Positions 1-15,769 of a stretch of DNA of 64,000 bases are shown one piece after another (positions within the stretch are counted from its first letter, which is position 1; every line of letters starts with the position of its first letter). Position numbers and translations under genes: made by a program. Source of the DNA: Octopus sinensis (taxonomy: Eukaryota); NCBI RefSeq assembly GCF_006345805.1, contig NC_043000.1, forward strand, positions 98,952,001 through 99,016,000, given 5' to 3'. Below the pieces are notes generated by a model that saw only the letters and a list, made by a program, of their open reading frames with translations, searched no databases and had not been told where the DNA came from.

Positions 1-185
1 CCATTTCTCTGCAGTCTGAAAAAAATTATGAACAACCTTAATTGAATTTCAAACCTTATTGGGTTCTCATCAGAGGTGTCCACATAATTTTGACAATCTC
101 CAGAGAAACGACAGCCAAACTGCTTATATACTGAACTAATACAGCAGTTACTCTATGAAGGAGTCCCAAATTTGCATTCCGACAC

Positions 186-550
186 TATATCTATGAGATA
201 AAATCCGTTCTGTCTGTCTGTGTGTGTCTTCTAGGATCTCGGGCATCCTCCATCCGATTGCATTCAAATTTGATATGTAGACACCGACGGTATCAGGGCA
301 TGTATAAGTCTTGCAAAAATTACAAAAATCGATTCCAGTTGAGAATGTGATCGATGAAGCCGCGGGAACGTGCATTTGTACGCGCAAGTACATCAGTCAA
401 AATCCATCTTTTGCCGGTGTCTCAAATTTAGGTTAAATAAGTATTTCTCAAAGGGGAAGCCTATGGGACGGCCGGACAAGTTGTTTTGAGAAACTTTTGT
501 TTAAATGTTTGGCAAATCAGCACTGTCTATTTGACGGGGGCGTTTTGCTC
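186..550. mobile_element. Possible non-autonomous Helitron-like (DINE-1/Lep1-type) repeat remnant
   Basis: Starts with CTATATCTAT..., then a short (CTGT)n run and a CCGATT...AAATTTG core typical of short insect/mollusc Helitron-derived repeats; GAAGCCGCGGG near 356. No clear terminal hairpin plus CTAG seen. Confidence 0.3.
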
Positions 551-551
551 G

Positions 552-583
<32 letters not shown>

Positions 584-955
584 ACAACTATACAATAAGA
601 CTAATGAAGGCTAGCTTAGACATAAGCAGGATTCAAAATCTAACCAGAGCAGCCATTTCTTGCCACTAGATGTCCTTTCATAATCTTGGTCAAAGGTATT
701 CAGTCTTGAAAATGTCTTTTTAGTATGACTACAAGTGTACTATCCAATGAGTTTTTTTCTTTTTTCTTTGTTTTTTTTTTAGATTTTTAGACATTAAGCA
801 GCTGTTAGAGAGAGTTGAGTACTTTTTCAGGCAGATCGTGGGGGCTTTGTAGAGGCCCTAGTCAAACACATCTATAATGAAATGCGTTTCTGTCATGATT
901 GTCATATCTATTTTCAGAGACTATACATACATTTATATAGATAGATACATACATG

Positions 956-1304
956 TATGTATGTATGTATGTATGTATGTATGTATGTATGTATGTATGT
1001 ATGTATGTATGTATGTATGTATGTATGTATGTATCTATGTATGTATGTATATATCTAACTATCTATATACATACATAAATACAAACACACACACATATAC
1101 ACACACGCATGTAGTCAATTCAAATAAACAACTGACAAAATTAATAGACAACACGAGGATAAGCACAAGGAATGTATTAGTTTTATGCTCGGTAGAAAGA
1201 GAGAGAATGACGTTTTGAGCATGGCTCTTCGTCGGAAAGCAGAAAGGGAAAAGTCTAAAGAAGGAAAAAAAATCGCCAACACCACATGTGTAATTACGTT
1301 GATC

Positions 1305-1347
<43 letters not shown>

Positions 1348-1356
1348 ACACACACT

Positions 1357-1414
<58 letters not shown>

Positions 1415-1485
1415 TGTATGTATGTATGTATGTATGTATGTATGTATGTATGTATGTATGTATGTATGTATGTGTGTATGTATGT
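956..1485. repeat. Compound (TATG)n/(CA)n microsatellites flanking a short Penelope-type terminal fragment
   Basis: (TATG)n at about 956-1050 and 1386-1485; (CA)n at about 1309-1385. Confidence 0.95.
1150..1290 (-). mobile_element. Penelope-type terminal-repeat fragment with degenerate hammerhead-like motif
   Basis: Minus strand 1235-1209 reads CCGACGA-A-GAGC-cat-GCTC-AAAA-CGTC; same layout as the copies at 33601, 52703 and 56016. Confidence 0.45.
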
Positions 1486-2059
1486 AGGTAAGTAGGTTGG
1501 TAGGTATATTCAAATCAATAGTTCAACTCAAAGCTGATTTGATTATGGTACACTGGATGTATCTAGTTCTCTGGTTATAATGGAATGGTTTGGATTTTGC
1601 TAGAGTCAGTCTTTTCTCATTTAATTAATAGTACAATATATATTTCCAGACAACTTCTCGTTTCTCTCTACGTTTCATCTCTAATCTCTACCACATTAAA
1701 GTGTTGCCACTAGCATATCAGTCAAAACTGTGTGACAGTGGTCATTTCGAAGCAGGAAAGTTACTATAATATCATAATTTTACCGATAAAACCGTCTGTA
1801 AGCATTTTTCAAGTTCATTGACTTGAAAAGTTGATGGAAACCAGTTCAGTTGTTAAACGTGTCATTTTCCTTCCTAGACAGACTGCCTGGCGACCCGTCT
1901 TCTTAAAGTAGTCCTTTCATCACATTAAAAAGGAGCTCGTTACATAGTGACAGTGTGAAGATTAATATGACAGACAGAAAGTGAAGGAGCCTCTTTCAGA
2001 GACAAGAGATTTGTTTCAATTGAGAGAGAAATCGAGAATGACAGAAAACAGAATGGAAA

Positions 2060-2134
2060 GTGAAAGATAGAGAAAAAAAAGAAACAAAGAAAGAAAAAGA
2101 AAGGCAGAAAGGAAGGAAGGAAGGAAGGAAGGAA

Positions 2135-2172
<38 letters not shown>

Positions 2173-2200
2173 AGAAGAAAGAAAGAAAGAACAAAAGACT
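2060..2200. repeat. (GGAA)n/(GAAA)n purine microsatellite
   Basis: Direct reading. Confidence 0.95.
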
Positions 2201-2479
2201 GGGTTACTAAAGAGGAAATTATGCTGCGAGAAAGAAAAACACGAAAGAGAGGGGCCGAGAGAGAAAGTGGGGAAATCAGAAATTCAACGTTGATGAACAA
2301 ATGTGATGATGTAATACACAAGCGGACAAAGGAGCTGTTATGATTTGGGAGACGCTTTTAAGATAAGGTATCCTAAGGAGGCAGTGTCAAAAATAAAGGA
2401 AATAGTGTTGTTTCAGATTCACTAGAAAGATAGATTGACAGAACGATGGCTAAAATAGAGAGAAGAGAGCAAAATGAAT

Positions 2480-2534
2480 GATAGACGGACAGACAGATAG
2501 ACAGATAGATTTATAGATAGCCAGCTAGCTAGTC

Positions 2535-2617
<83 letters not shown>

Positions 2618-2645
2618 CTCACAGGCAGACAGACAGAGGGAGAGA
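2480..2645. repeat. (GATA)n/(GA)n microsatellite
   Basis: Direct reading. Confidence 0.95.
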
Positions 2646-4951
2646 GAAAGATTCTGTGTGTGTATTGGAGTGTTAATGGCAGGAAATCAAGTTCATCTTC
2701 AATGTAAATATAAAATAACAACCGTCATAGCTACATGAATAGCAACCTTTAACCAAATCTGTTTTAAATTAAGTGAACAACACTAATAACATCGGTAAGA
2801 AAGTAAATATATAAATAAATAAATAAAAAAAGAATTTGTTCATTTTGGTAAGAATTTAAAACAGAGGTATATTGATTAACGTGTTTAATACAGCATCCAG
2901 AATTTCGCAACGAAGCAAATACTTGGCATAAACATTCACGTAAAATAGTTCCTTGGTTGAAATCTAAGATTAATATCTTGAAAAAAAAAAACAGGGTCTT
3001 TGTTGAATTCCTTACATTTATCATCACAAACAAATATAATGAATATTGCTTTTATTTTCATCAGGACTATTTTTCTTGCATCCTTTGACTGTATTTCTAA
3101 GCGCAGCTGTGTGCATCTTGGATTTATGCGGTGTCTTGTTAGGTATTTGCATTTTCTGTTGTATTGAAATTATAGAGAAATTGGTGCGTAGTACCTAGTC
3201 TGAACGTAAGACATATTTTTAAGTCTTACTATTGTGGTTCTGTATTTTTCTCTATGATTTTCTGTTTTTGAGTTTCTATATTCAGGTTTACAGCAATTTC
3301 CATATTTTAATAATTTCTAAATTTCCTCGACGATCGCCTTTTCGGATTAATGCTTCAATTAGAAGATAATTCCTTTCTTGGAAATCTTTGACAACATTCG
3401 ACCAGTTTATCTGTATCTTCTTGCCTGTGTAGATTTGTATATCGCAAAGCAAGGGCACTCTGTCATTCTCAGTTTTTACAATACTCTATCCCTATTTCAT
3501 AATGCTGACATAATTTGGAGTCTAATACTGGACAGCCAAAGACAATTTATGGTAAATTGTTTACATATTAAGTAGTTAATGTATTCTGCTTCATTAATCG
3601 GTGTCACCCTGTACCACAATCAAAATTCATTCAGTTTCAGATTTGGGTCCTGCGTTTCTGAGCTACTGTTATGGGTTTTCTCTTTTTAGCTCAACTTCGT
3701 TCATATTTTTTCTTCGGGAGTTGGTCGTGTAGATCCATTTGTTGCTTTATAATGGCGTTTAAGTACCCATTTAAACTTAGCTTTTAGATTTTTACAATTT
3801 TGTGGTTGTCTTTCCTAACAACTGCATATCATTTCACACTTTATGTTGACAGTTTTACGTTTTATTCGTGTTTCATAGCTATTTTTATTTATATTTACTA
3901 GAAATTTTCAGAGCCCTACAACGAATATTTCATAATAGTTTTATAATTACGTAAGGCGCCCACCTCTCTGTATTTACGGTAAATGTAAACCTCGTATGTT
4001 AGAGTCTTGGTGTTGGATTCTAAATGCAGTTACTTTTATTTATTTTTCAGTGCAGTCTCTTATTTCATTTAGCGTCTAGTGGAGAATATTCTAGACATTT
4101 GGGGACAGCTATAGTGTTAATAGCTATTAACTATTTTGTTTTTCTCATTTAACTCTTGTTCATGTTCATGTTACTCTTATCGTTGAATATCAAAATTGAA
4201 AGCAACTCAAACTAAATAGTGAGAGCATTTAGTTTCATTATTTTGCCTTCTGAGTTCAAATCCTGTTGGTATCAACTTTTATCTCTCCAGTCGATAGATA
4301 AGTAGCAACCAACCTAATCGATAGTCCCTCTTACCAAACTTTGACCTTTGACTCGTTTAAAAATCATCCTCCTTTTCATCATCATCATCATCACCATCAA
4401 GAATGACAACTGAAAAACCTTAAAATTTCGCTAGAAGCACATAGTTATATCACAAGTGTGTAATAAGGTTGTGACGTTTGATTTACAGGTATTACCCACC
4501 CGTACATTTCAGTCTCATTAGTTGAGTTTTTACTCGTGTGTAATTATCACGTCTAGCCTGAGCAAAATTTCAACTGCTTATTCAGATCGACGGAAAACTA
4601 TCAGTCAAAAGTCTTTTAAATGGCGACAGATTCATTTCGAGTTAAGTCAACGATCTCCACCAGACTCTTGGTTGGCGACTCTGAAATGGGGGGAATTTGT
4701 TGGCGATATTACTGATCTTTACTTTAATGGACCTTGAATTGATGGGATTGAAATATATTTTCGATTAGGTGATAACCTGCTTGTATCCTTGTAGAATCCA
4801 TCTACTCCCCGGGGCCAATGTTACTGAGATCGTTAATTTATCTATACCGAGCATTGCATTGCACTAGATTTAGATATGTCTCCTACCTGAATTCTACCTT
4901 TGCTAGTTTACCCAACTTGCTCATAGCAAGGTAAAAGAATCATGACGTCAT

Positions 4952-5098
4952 GCTGAAAAGTTCCTGGTTTAAGGCCTGGTTAGAGACCAAACATCAGAGT
5001 TCTTTTACAGGGCTTAGAAAAACTGAAAGGCCTCTGCAATAAGTGTATGAATCAAAGAGGTAAATACGTTCAGTAAAATCATAATTAACTGATTCTCC
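4952..5098 (+). mobile_element. Mariner-derived MITE, 3'-truncated copy
   Basis: Begins GCTGAAAAGTTCCTGG like the TIR at 7002; the interior reads LQGLEKLKGLCNKCMNQRGKYVQ*, resembling a mariner transposase C-terminus. Confidence 0.7.
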
Positions 5099-5364
5099 AG
5101 GTGATACAACCTGTTATTATTCCTTTTCCAATCGATGCATACTTGATGTTTCTAAACCAGGAATGACATTCAGGTCGAAATAACTGTTGCTAAGAAATAT
5201 ATCCTCTATCTTACGAGGGAAATGGCGGCGTTGTAGTGCAAACTCGCCTTTTTAGCGTTATAAATCAATAGATACTGGCCAGATCCAACAGCGACTATGT
5301 CGTTTTTGCTCTCATTTTCTGAGGTGACCTGTGTAACTACACCATTGTAAAATATTTCTATTCC

Positions 5365-5660
<296 letters not shown>

Positions 5661-6056
5661 ATCCAAATATCACATGTGTGCTTTTTATGTGTATGTGAGT
5701 GTATGGACGTATGCTCGTATTCATACTGTCTTTCCGACAGCTTGGGCTGAGGATCGAGGCGAGTGAATGCATTGTTGTTTATCTATTCAATAGTATTCAT
5801 TCTTCTGTCCCTCTCAATTTTTCAACGTCAGGAGTTGAGTACTACTTATGGAGAATATAAACAAGCATGTATCTATGCACAATGTTATTTACTTTAAAGT
5901 ACAAGGTTAACGACCTGAAAGTCATTACAAGTGCAGTAAAATCGCATGAGCTGTGGATAAATGAGTATACTGTTTTGTAGCCATTTGTACGTGGGTGTAT
6001 ATATATATATATATATGTGTGTGTGGTGTGTATATATATATATGTATATACACACA

Positions 6057-6094
<38 letters not shown>

Positions 6095-6437
6095 TATATA
6101 TATATAGATATATATATATATTATATATATATACATATTCATATACATACATCTATGCATTATATTTAAATAAATACACATAAATATATACCTAGATATG
6201 TATATATGTATGTACATATACACAAATATATGGAAGCTCTTTTGTGATTGATGTGTGTTAACGCACTCAAAACATACATATTTAGAACCGTGTACACGCT
6301 GTACACTGTTCATGTATATAGTATAGGCATGCCCCCAAAACGTAAGAAGATGGCTTTGTAATCATGCAGCCTCTGTCTTAATGTAACTACAGGATATCTA
6401 GGAAACACATTTTTCAAAATAACTTTCAGTCCACCGA

Positions 6438-6852
6438 AGACCCGTTTTAGTGAATCGAAAAGGAGTGATGTTTCATCAGGACAATGCGCGACCCCACACT
6501 GCAAAGATCACATCACAGAAGATCGAAGATATTGGTTGGGAAAAAATTCCTCATCCACCTTATTCTCCTGATCTTGCTCCTTCAGACTACCATTTGTTTC
6601 GTAGTTTACAGAATCATTTGGGGGCCATAATTTTCGCAAGCCAGGAGGAGGTCGAAACTGACATTTCAGAGTTCTTCGCTTTGAAACCAAAAGAGTTTTA
6701 CATTGATGGGATTAAAAAGCTTGTAAATAGATAGAAGGAAGTCATAGATAATCAGGGGAAGTATATTGATTAAATTTCAATTAAATATAACATTTGATTA
6801 CTTGTTTTGTTTATTCAAAATTGGGGCAGAACTTATGGGATAACTTGATATA
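6438..6852 (+). mobile_element. Mariner (DD34D-type) transposon 3' fragment, transposase pseudogene
   Basis: RPVLVNRKGVMFHQDNARPHTA...GWEKIPHPPYSPDLAPSDYHLFRSLQNHL...GIKKLVNR*KEVIDNQGKYID*. Premature TAG at 6732 replaces the conserved W. Right TIR-like GGCAGAACTTATGGGATAACTTGATA at about 6825-6850 followed by TA. No left TIR seen. Confidence 0.92.
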
Positions 6853-7001
6853 TATTTAATACTCAGCCATTTACATAACATCACTATGAAGAGACTGTTC
6901 TGGTGATCGAACAACTGGAATATTCAGTATAGAAACCTATAAGGGACGCACTTAGTTTAGGCATTTCTATAGAAAACATATATGTATGCATATATGCGTT
7001 T

Positions 7002-7197
7002 GCTGAAAAGTTCCTAGCTTTAAAGGTGTCACGAAAGGCCTGGCTGGAACGTAACTTTCGGAGTTCTGCCGAAGGCATAGTAAAGCTGAATGACCGCTGC
7101 AATAAGTATGTTAATCTGATGAAGTACGTTGAAGAAAATCATAATTAACTGATCTTCCTGTATTTTTTTTTTTACCCCAAGCTAGGAACTTTTCAAC
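7002..7197 (+). mobile_element. Mariner-derived MITE with both TIRs
   Basis: GCTGAAAAGTTCCTAGCTT (7002-7020) is an 18/19 inverted match to AAGCTAGGAACTTTTCAAC (7179-7197); interior homologous to 4952-5098 and 46782-47000. Confidence 0.8.
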
Positions 7198-7738
7198 ACA
7201 CCACTCATATATCTACGTAGAGACTACTTTAAAATTTACATATTCTCTCGCGCATGATAATGCATGAGTGCATTTTGTGAGTCTTTGTTATAAGTGTAAC
7301 CGGACTATCGCCATCACCATCACTACTAACTCTACCACTAATACTAGCTGTATATCTCAACTTTATCTCAACTTTCCCTCCTATCCATTGTAACCAATAA
7401 CCTCTCTGACCATGTCAAAAGGAAAACCGCATTTGTCGCTTGCATATCTAAGTAAAGTAACAGCTGGTCTACTCAGAATTTAAGTAAGTTACCGTTTCGG
7501 AAATCTGGCAATCAAATTGTTGTAAGCATAAAAGATAAGTCATCGTGAGTCCACCTATGTGTTCCATTAACCTAGTAGAATCACCAACTAAAGTCCTTCA
7601 AATTCCATTCAACCGTTTAAAACAAAAAAAGACAGGGAGATTGGCCAATATTGATGTAGGTATACAGAAAGTCGAGTTCGTCATAGTTCATATGGGTGCT
7701 TGTCTTCGAAAGCAGCGGCAGAGGTGATCTACAACCCC

Positions 7739-7796
7739 TTACTACTACTACTACTACTACTAAAACTACTACTACAACCACCACCACCACCACCAA

Positions 7797-7852
<56 letters not shown>
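7739..7852. repeat. (ACT)n/(ACC)n trinucleotide repeat
   Basis: Direct reading; source of the poly-L and poly-V ORFs. Confidence 0.95.
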
Positions 7853-7856
<4 letters not shown>

Positions 7857-8204
7857 ATCATAATGAACTTTTTTTTGCTTTATCATACCCTTATACTACT
7901 TCTATCCCTGTTTCTCCATCTTTCCTTCCATCTTGTCTTCTTGATTCTTCATTGTGCTTTCTACGTCTTTCCCTTTCCTCCGTTAAATACACGCATTATT
8001 CCAGTTTGAATATATAAATGTATGCACTGTATTTACTTGGCAATCTCAACATTTTCATCTGCTAACTTGTCAAATTAATTTTGCTCATAAAGATGATTCT
8101 AAAAATGAAATTGGTTTATTGGTCCATAATCTAAGCATTCTGTTTAATGTAAAAGAAGCGACGTCAACAACACAGCAAAGACAACAACAAATAATAATAA
8201 TGAT

Positions 8205-8250
8205 ACCACTACTACTACTACTACTACTGCTACAACTGCTGCTGCTGCTG

Positions 8251-8301
<51 letters not shown>

Positions 8302-8322
8302 ATAATAATAATAATAATAATA
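8205..8322. repeat. (ACT)n/(GCT)n/(AAT)n trinucleotide repeat
   Basis: Direct reading. Confidence 0.95.
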
Positions 8323-8329
8323 GTAAGCC

Positions 8330-9250
<921 letters not shown>

Positions 9251-9259
9251 TAGGGATTT

Positions 9260-11702
9260 CTAGAAGCTATCCATCATCCCCGGTTCGAAAGTCCTCCTGA
9301 ACAGACTAGTTAAGTTGACTTCCGCAACGCCTATCGCCTCTCCAAGTGCGTCATCGTCTTTCCCCTCCACTATTCCTGTATAGAATTCAAGAGTTGATGT
9401 TCCCCTGACCGCATTGCCCACCTGGCAACATTGCAGATACCAGTCACCCTGCCTTGGTGTATACTTGACGTAGGACTGCAACTTAGTCAAGAAGTCGAGT
9501 TGTGAGCGCATCTGTTCACTGCTTAGACAGAATATCTGGAGATGCCGCAGCCTCAGCGCAACTCTGTGCATCATTACTCACGGCATGTCAAGCCCTCCGC
9601 GTAGAGGGTGTTAGCAGCAGATGGATCGCCTCACACATGTAACCTGTCCCCTCTACAAGAATTTGAAGTGGAGGTGCCCCAACTTGGCAATGCACGACGG
9701 TTAGGTGGTAGTAGATGACGGACCGACATTTCAGTGTTAGCTCCCTCTCAGTCCATTTCTGGGTAGGACTGGCTTCTCTATTCACCACTTCGTCCCAACT
9801 CTTATCCTCCTGGAGGTCTGATCCGAACAAAAGCCCAAGAAGCTTTACCGGTCCGTCCGTCCGTCCAGCGCCCAACGAAGCTGTTGGATGACATGGTCTT
9901 GCCTCTTTAAATGCCGAGTTGTAAGCCCACCGACTTTTCCAGGTTAAGTTTTTCTCCCGTCAATTTTTCGTATTCCTCCCATGATGTGCCGACCACCTCG
10001 ATTTCTGAGGTGCTCGACACCATCACGGTGATGACGTTCGCATATGCCGACACAGCCCTTCTGCGTCTCGGTTCGAGCGGGATGCCCTGCAGCAGCTCCA
10101 GCTTCCGCAGTAAAGTTTCAAGAGTCAATACGTAGAGAAAGGAGGAGAGAGGGCACCCTTAACGGACCGATCGGGAGATGTGAAACGGTTTCGAGAGGTG
10201 GCCATTAACTTTGACCACCGGGCAGATGTCGCTGTGCATTGCAGCGATCCAACTTCTGAAGATAGAACCGAAGCCAACTGCTCGATGGTCGAACTTATCG
10301 AACGCTTTCGATTGATCTAAATTGATCAGGGCGCCACTGAAACCAGGTTTACACCCTACTCTTTCTATAATGTATCGCATGAGGTGGAAGTTGTCGTGTA
10401 TGGATCTAGTCGGGATTGCGCAGGTTTGCGCTTCCCCAACCAAATCTTCGACGACAGTGTCAGCCGCCGAGATATGCAACAAGCCATCGAGGTAGTGACT
10501 GGAGGCCGTCACCATCTCCACCACGCCACCCTCTCCGAACAACCGAGCAAAGTGTTGGAGAAAGTCCTCACACATCTGCCTGAAATCGTTCAGCTTGTGT
10601 CCATCTCGGTCCGTAAAAGCTGCCACTCCGCTAAGCGGGACCATCGAACAAATGTGATCCCTTCGCGTCTCAGAGCATGCGGCTTATCTCTGACAATGCA
10701 ACGTTCACGTTTCGAATTGAAGAACTGGTCTAATGCCATTCTCGCTGCTAGCACGTCAGCTGCAATGTCACCACATATAGCTTCGTCTAGCTTAGTTATT
10801 AACCCCTCCGCTTTTCTATTATTTTCTAACGCTATTTCTTTGCTAAACTCTATCGATATTACTCCAATCTCTCTTTTGAGAACCGCCCACCACCTGTTGT
10901 TTACGACCCGCCCCCTGTCAACTTCTGCTTAATTAAATTGCTGATCCGGCCCTTGTAAGCCTTACGTGCCAGAAATGACATGTCCAGCTTCCAGTACCTG
11001 GGTCTTAACCTACGCGTCTTATTCAGGTCCACTGTACAGATTACAAACTTATGGTCTGAATAGACGATCGTTTTAAAAAGTGGACATCGTACGCTATTAC
11101 AATATATTCTCCTAGTGCAAATCCTATCTATATACGATCTAGATGACCCAAAACGATTGGTCCAGGTTTACACTAGCGCATTAAGGAAATCTCGTCGGTA
11201 CCTATCAGACAGTTTGAACAGGCTTATCAGATGCTGAAGCTTTTGCACCCCATCTTCTATCAGCTACTCCCACACAATCCCAGCTTTGGTCTAGGATTCC
11301 GTTCCAGTCCCCTACTAACATTAAAGGATGAGACGTACATAGAAATACTTCCAGACGCCTAAAGAAATCCGGCCATTTAGCTCCGGTAGGAGTATAGACG
11401 GCCACCAGTCTAAAGACACTACCTTCACTGTTGCTCACGTTCAGGACCACCGAGGCCCGGAAGATCGACTTTACCTCGAGATCCAATTCTTTCCTAAATA
11501 ACACTGCCACTCCACCTCCCATTCCCGGGTGACTAACATATGCAAAGATCTAGTAGTCGTCGAACATAGGGACCAGTGCGCTTGAATTGGAAATCCTGGT
11601 CTTACAGCAATTATATCCGATTCTAGAGACCTGAGGTCATTGAGCAGGCGCCCCTGCTTCCAGGCCTCGAATATTTAAAAATCTTACTCTTAGTATGGGC
11701 AT
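9260..11702 (-). mobile_element. Tx1/L1-clade LINE ORF2 remnant (APE endonuclease plus reverse transcriptase), frameshifted and 3'-truncated
   Basis: APE: MPILRVRFLNIRGL..., GGGVAVLFRK, FRLVAVYTP, LVGDWNGILD. RT: QTCAIPTRSIHDN, LINLDQSKAFDKFDH, VKVNGHLS, GCPLSP, SAYANVITV (decayed YADD), KLNLEKSVGL. Multiple stops, frameshifts and deletions. Confidence 0.92.
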
Positions 11703-12722
11703 GTAGGCAAGTTAAAGAGAGAAAGGAAAGGTTTACTTACCTCTCGGTATCTTGTGAAGGACGGGCTCTGTTTTGGAGAACCCCTTTAAGAGCCTCGATG
11801 TGGGTCTCACGTTCGGGATTTCCACGTCTTCCGGAAAGCTTTCTTGATGTGTAAGAATCAAGCGACATTCGCAGCAGATGTAAATCTTCTGGTACGCGAA
11901 ATGTGTTCGATTCTTAATCACCCCACCACCTGTTTCAAATTCAAAAAAGTATTCAATACTGGTAGGAATAAAGAAAGGAGAAACCGCCGCAGCTTATGTG
12001 TCATCCACAGAAAAAGGGATATGTCACGGATGTACGCAACTAGGAAGACTTTCCTAAATACATCCAAACGCCATGTGATTGTGTGCCATAAAGAGCCATT
12101 AAGACTTTCACACATAATGATACAGGTGGACAATACAATTCCAAACACTGGTTCGAGTTGACCCGGGAATATAATAAAAATACATCAAACAGTAGATCGA
12201 AGCTAGACTCGGGATTTCGAAACGAACTTCCTAACAGCAGTGTTATAATTGCAGTGAAAACTTTGGGGAACTTCTTTTTCGTTATTCCAAGGATGGATAA
12301 CCTAAGTATTATTTATATACTAAGCATGTTGTAATTCACCTTAGGCTATCTTTTCTATGACTGGTTGTCTTTTTAGTTATTACTTTACGAAGAAATTATT
12401 CTCCCGAAATTGTGGCGTCCATTTTGCTAAGAAAAATAACTCATAGCGCGTCGCAAAGGCTTTTCCATTTCTATATATCTGACTTCTTCACTCCTCATTC
12501 GTGTTTCCTTATTATATCAATTACATTGTTTCTCTGTCTCTTCCATTACGTTTCTCTCCTCTCTCTCTCTCTCCTTCAATGACTCTCTCTCTCTCGCTCG
12601 TTCTCTCTTTCACTTTCTCTCAATCATTCTTGCTTTCTATTTTCCCAATTTTAACACCGCCGCCTGTTCACCTATACACTTCCATCTTCTACATTGACTT
12701 GACATATTTCCTCTTACATATG

Positions 12723-12854
<132 letters not shown>

Positions 12855-14717
12855 TAAGGTCTTCTTTCACTACTGTTTATAGATACAAAGTTAGTGAAAA
12901 AAGAAAAAGATACAAAAACAAGAAACAAACACATACACAGCAAGAAATAAGCTTTTATAAGATTTTACATATGTAGTGCTTTATTCTCTTCATATTCACC
13001 GTATCGCTCTAGGTTTGATAATATTATCAATTGAACGCTGTTGCTAAATCTGATATTGTTTGGAAACAGATGTGTTTCTGGCAACAGTTTTTACTTTATT
13101 TTTCAGGAAATATGAAACGTCTTAGTGTCTCCAGAATCCTTTGGGGATTCAGAACGGCTGATGCATTGCCGCAATTTCATACCGTTAAGTTGAAAAGAGA
13201 TAAATTTTCCACTGCCATACCAACATCAACCCCGCCGTCACCATCACCACTACCATTACCATCATCATCACCACCACCATCAGCCTTACAATTACAACAC
13301 ACACACACACCACCACCACCACCATCACCACCACTGGACAGACTGGGCGCCAGGTTATCAAACAAGCAACTTCTAAATAAGCTGGTACCTGTTCTTTGTC
13401 GTTATACGAATCGACGTGTAATAAAATTTGTTGCCCAAATTGGTTGAATTAAATTGATTGTGGACGCAGATATCTTGGTTAGCAGATTTTATATGTAACC
13501 CACAATTAACCTTAAAGAATTGATGCTTTAACAGACTCCAAACTGTCACAAATATTTAGAGAAGAGAATGTCTATCAAAAACCCTTCCATCACCGTCATT
13601 TGCTCCACCAGTCTTGGAAGCCCCTTGGGGGACGTTATGGTGCTGCTCTTCTACTAACTGTATTTTAAGAAAAAATGGGTGTACTCTACCAATAAGTCTA
13701 ACTTAGATTTAATGCCAAGAACTTTTGAATTGATAATATAACAATTATTACATCCACATTGGTAGTTTTTCTTTTAACAGAAGTCAAGTCCCTAAGAAAA
13801 AAATTCTCCGTGGTTGAAATGTGATGGGAATTCTCAGTATGCAAAACATAACCGATTACCTGGAGTGCATAGATACATTTGCCGACTAGAATTTACAGAA
13901 AATCATACTGAGAGGAAGGGAGGAAAAGAGATCGATTGACAAGACAGAAAAGGAGAGAGAAGTGAAAGAGGGAGCTAAGGACAGAGAGTAGGAAGAAACG
14001 GACAATAAATGAGAACCCACATATGCCTTGAAGAATAATTGAAACAAAACGAACGGAAAATCCATTCAGAGAATATTTTCTTGGGTGTTAAATTTAGCTT
14101 TTCTGCTTTTAGTTATTAAAGAATGAATGCATCAGAAAGATAGGCGAAATATTGGTGAGTGGTTAAAGAAAATCGCTTTAAAACAACGAGGAAGCAAGTT
14201 CGTTCCCACAGCGTGGCATTTTAGCGGTGGTCCTAATTTATGACTTCGAGTCGGCCAATACTTTGTTTGCAAAATTGGTGTAGTGCATATCAATTCATCG
14301 GGTTGAATGCAGCTGTAATTCAAAATAAACAATTTCATGTTAATTCAGGAGCAGATAATTCAGTAGACCACCTTCCACATGACACTGTCCTTCCTTTCTT
14401 TCACCAGCCCCACAAGGGGAACTCCACTCAGCATCAAAGTCTAAGGAAACGACTAGGACGGCCATTATTGAGAATATCTATGAGAAAACGTGTTCCAGTG
14501 ATGATTATTTAAATAAAACGATAAAAAGATTCAAGGACACAAGGCTTCGCCAGGATCGAGTTCACGATCAAGAGATGAATACCCTAAACACTATACAACA
14601 TACCTTCACGTATACATATACAGACCCAGATAAATATACACAAATATCCGCGTGTGTGTGTATATGTATGTATAAATGCATATATGTATGTACGTATATG
14701 TATGTACGTGCGTGTAT

Positions 14718-14761
<44 letters not shown>

Positions 14762-14814
14762 TTGCATGTGTGCTTATATTTTTAGATTCACGCATACATA
14801 CATACATACATACA

Positions 14815-14848
<34 letters not shown>

Positions 14849-15356
14849 CATACATACAGGGACTATAAAAATCTGCAAGACCGTCTGAAGAGTTAAAGGA
14901 TAACGGTTTAATCAGGATATTTTCTTTCACAACCTTGCAACCAAGTCGGTCAAAATTTACTCTACATTAAAAAGAAAAATGGAACATACATACAAAACAG
15001 AAATAATCAGCAATGACATAAATCTTTGATCAAACAATTAGGGAATAATGAGTTACATAACTCTGAATCAGATTTGGAGTTATGTTACTAATTTTTGATA
15101 ATGAGTGTCAAAAATCAGCAACGCAGTCACTAATAAATATTTTGTACGTCTATATATCTAGCTATAAATTATCTGCCTATATAAAGCACACGTGATTATA
15201 AATGCTAAGTTGACTTATTATTCAAAGGGCAGAATCACTAGCGATTTTTATATTTTCCTCTCTGTCTCTACACGTATTAGAAAGATACATCTTTCACATT
15301 TCTTTCCCGGTATCTTTTTGTCTACGTACGTACAAGTGTGTATGTATAAATATATG

Positions 15357-15413
<57 letters not shown>

Positions 15414-15612
15414 GCCCAGAAGTAGGTTTACAGTTATTCAACAACTATCTCTTTCGCATTCATATACTAACAGTTTAGATCTTAATTATAAAAAAAATGA
15501 AACCATTATTCTATGCTAATTTAGTTAATTTTGTCGAAACATCAGCGTTTGTGAACACACCAGCACTTGCTATCAAGCAGTGGTGGGAAACAAACACAGC
15601 CACAAAGACACA

Positions 15613-15671
<59 letters not shown>

Positions 15672-15708
15672 AGCAGTGGTGGGAAACAAACACAGCCACA
15701 AAGACACA

Positions 15709-15769
<61 letters not shown>

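Noticed and set aside
10384-10932. 182-aa plus-strand ORF
   Set aside because: Antisense shadow of the Tx1 ORF2 remnant; no motif of its own.
13107-13183. Possible first exon MKRLSVSRILWGFRTADALPQFHT bounded by TTTTCAG and GTTAAG
   Set aside because: Not signal-peptide-like, weak donor, no homology recognised.
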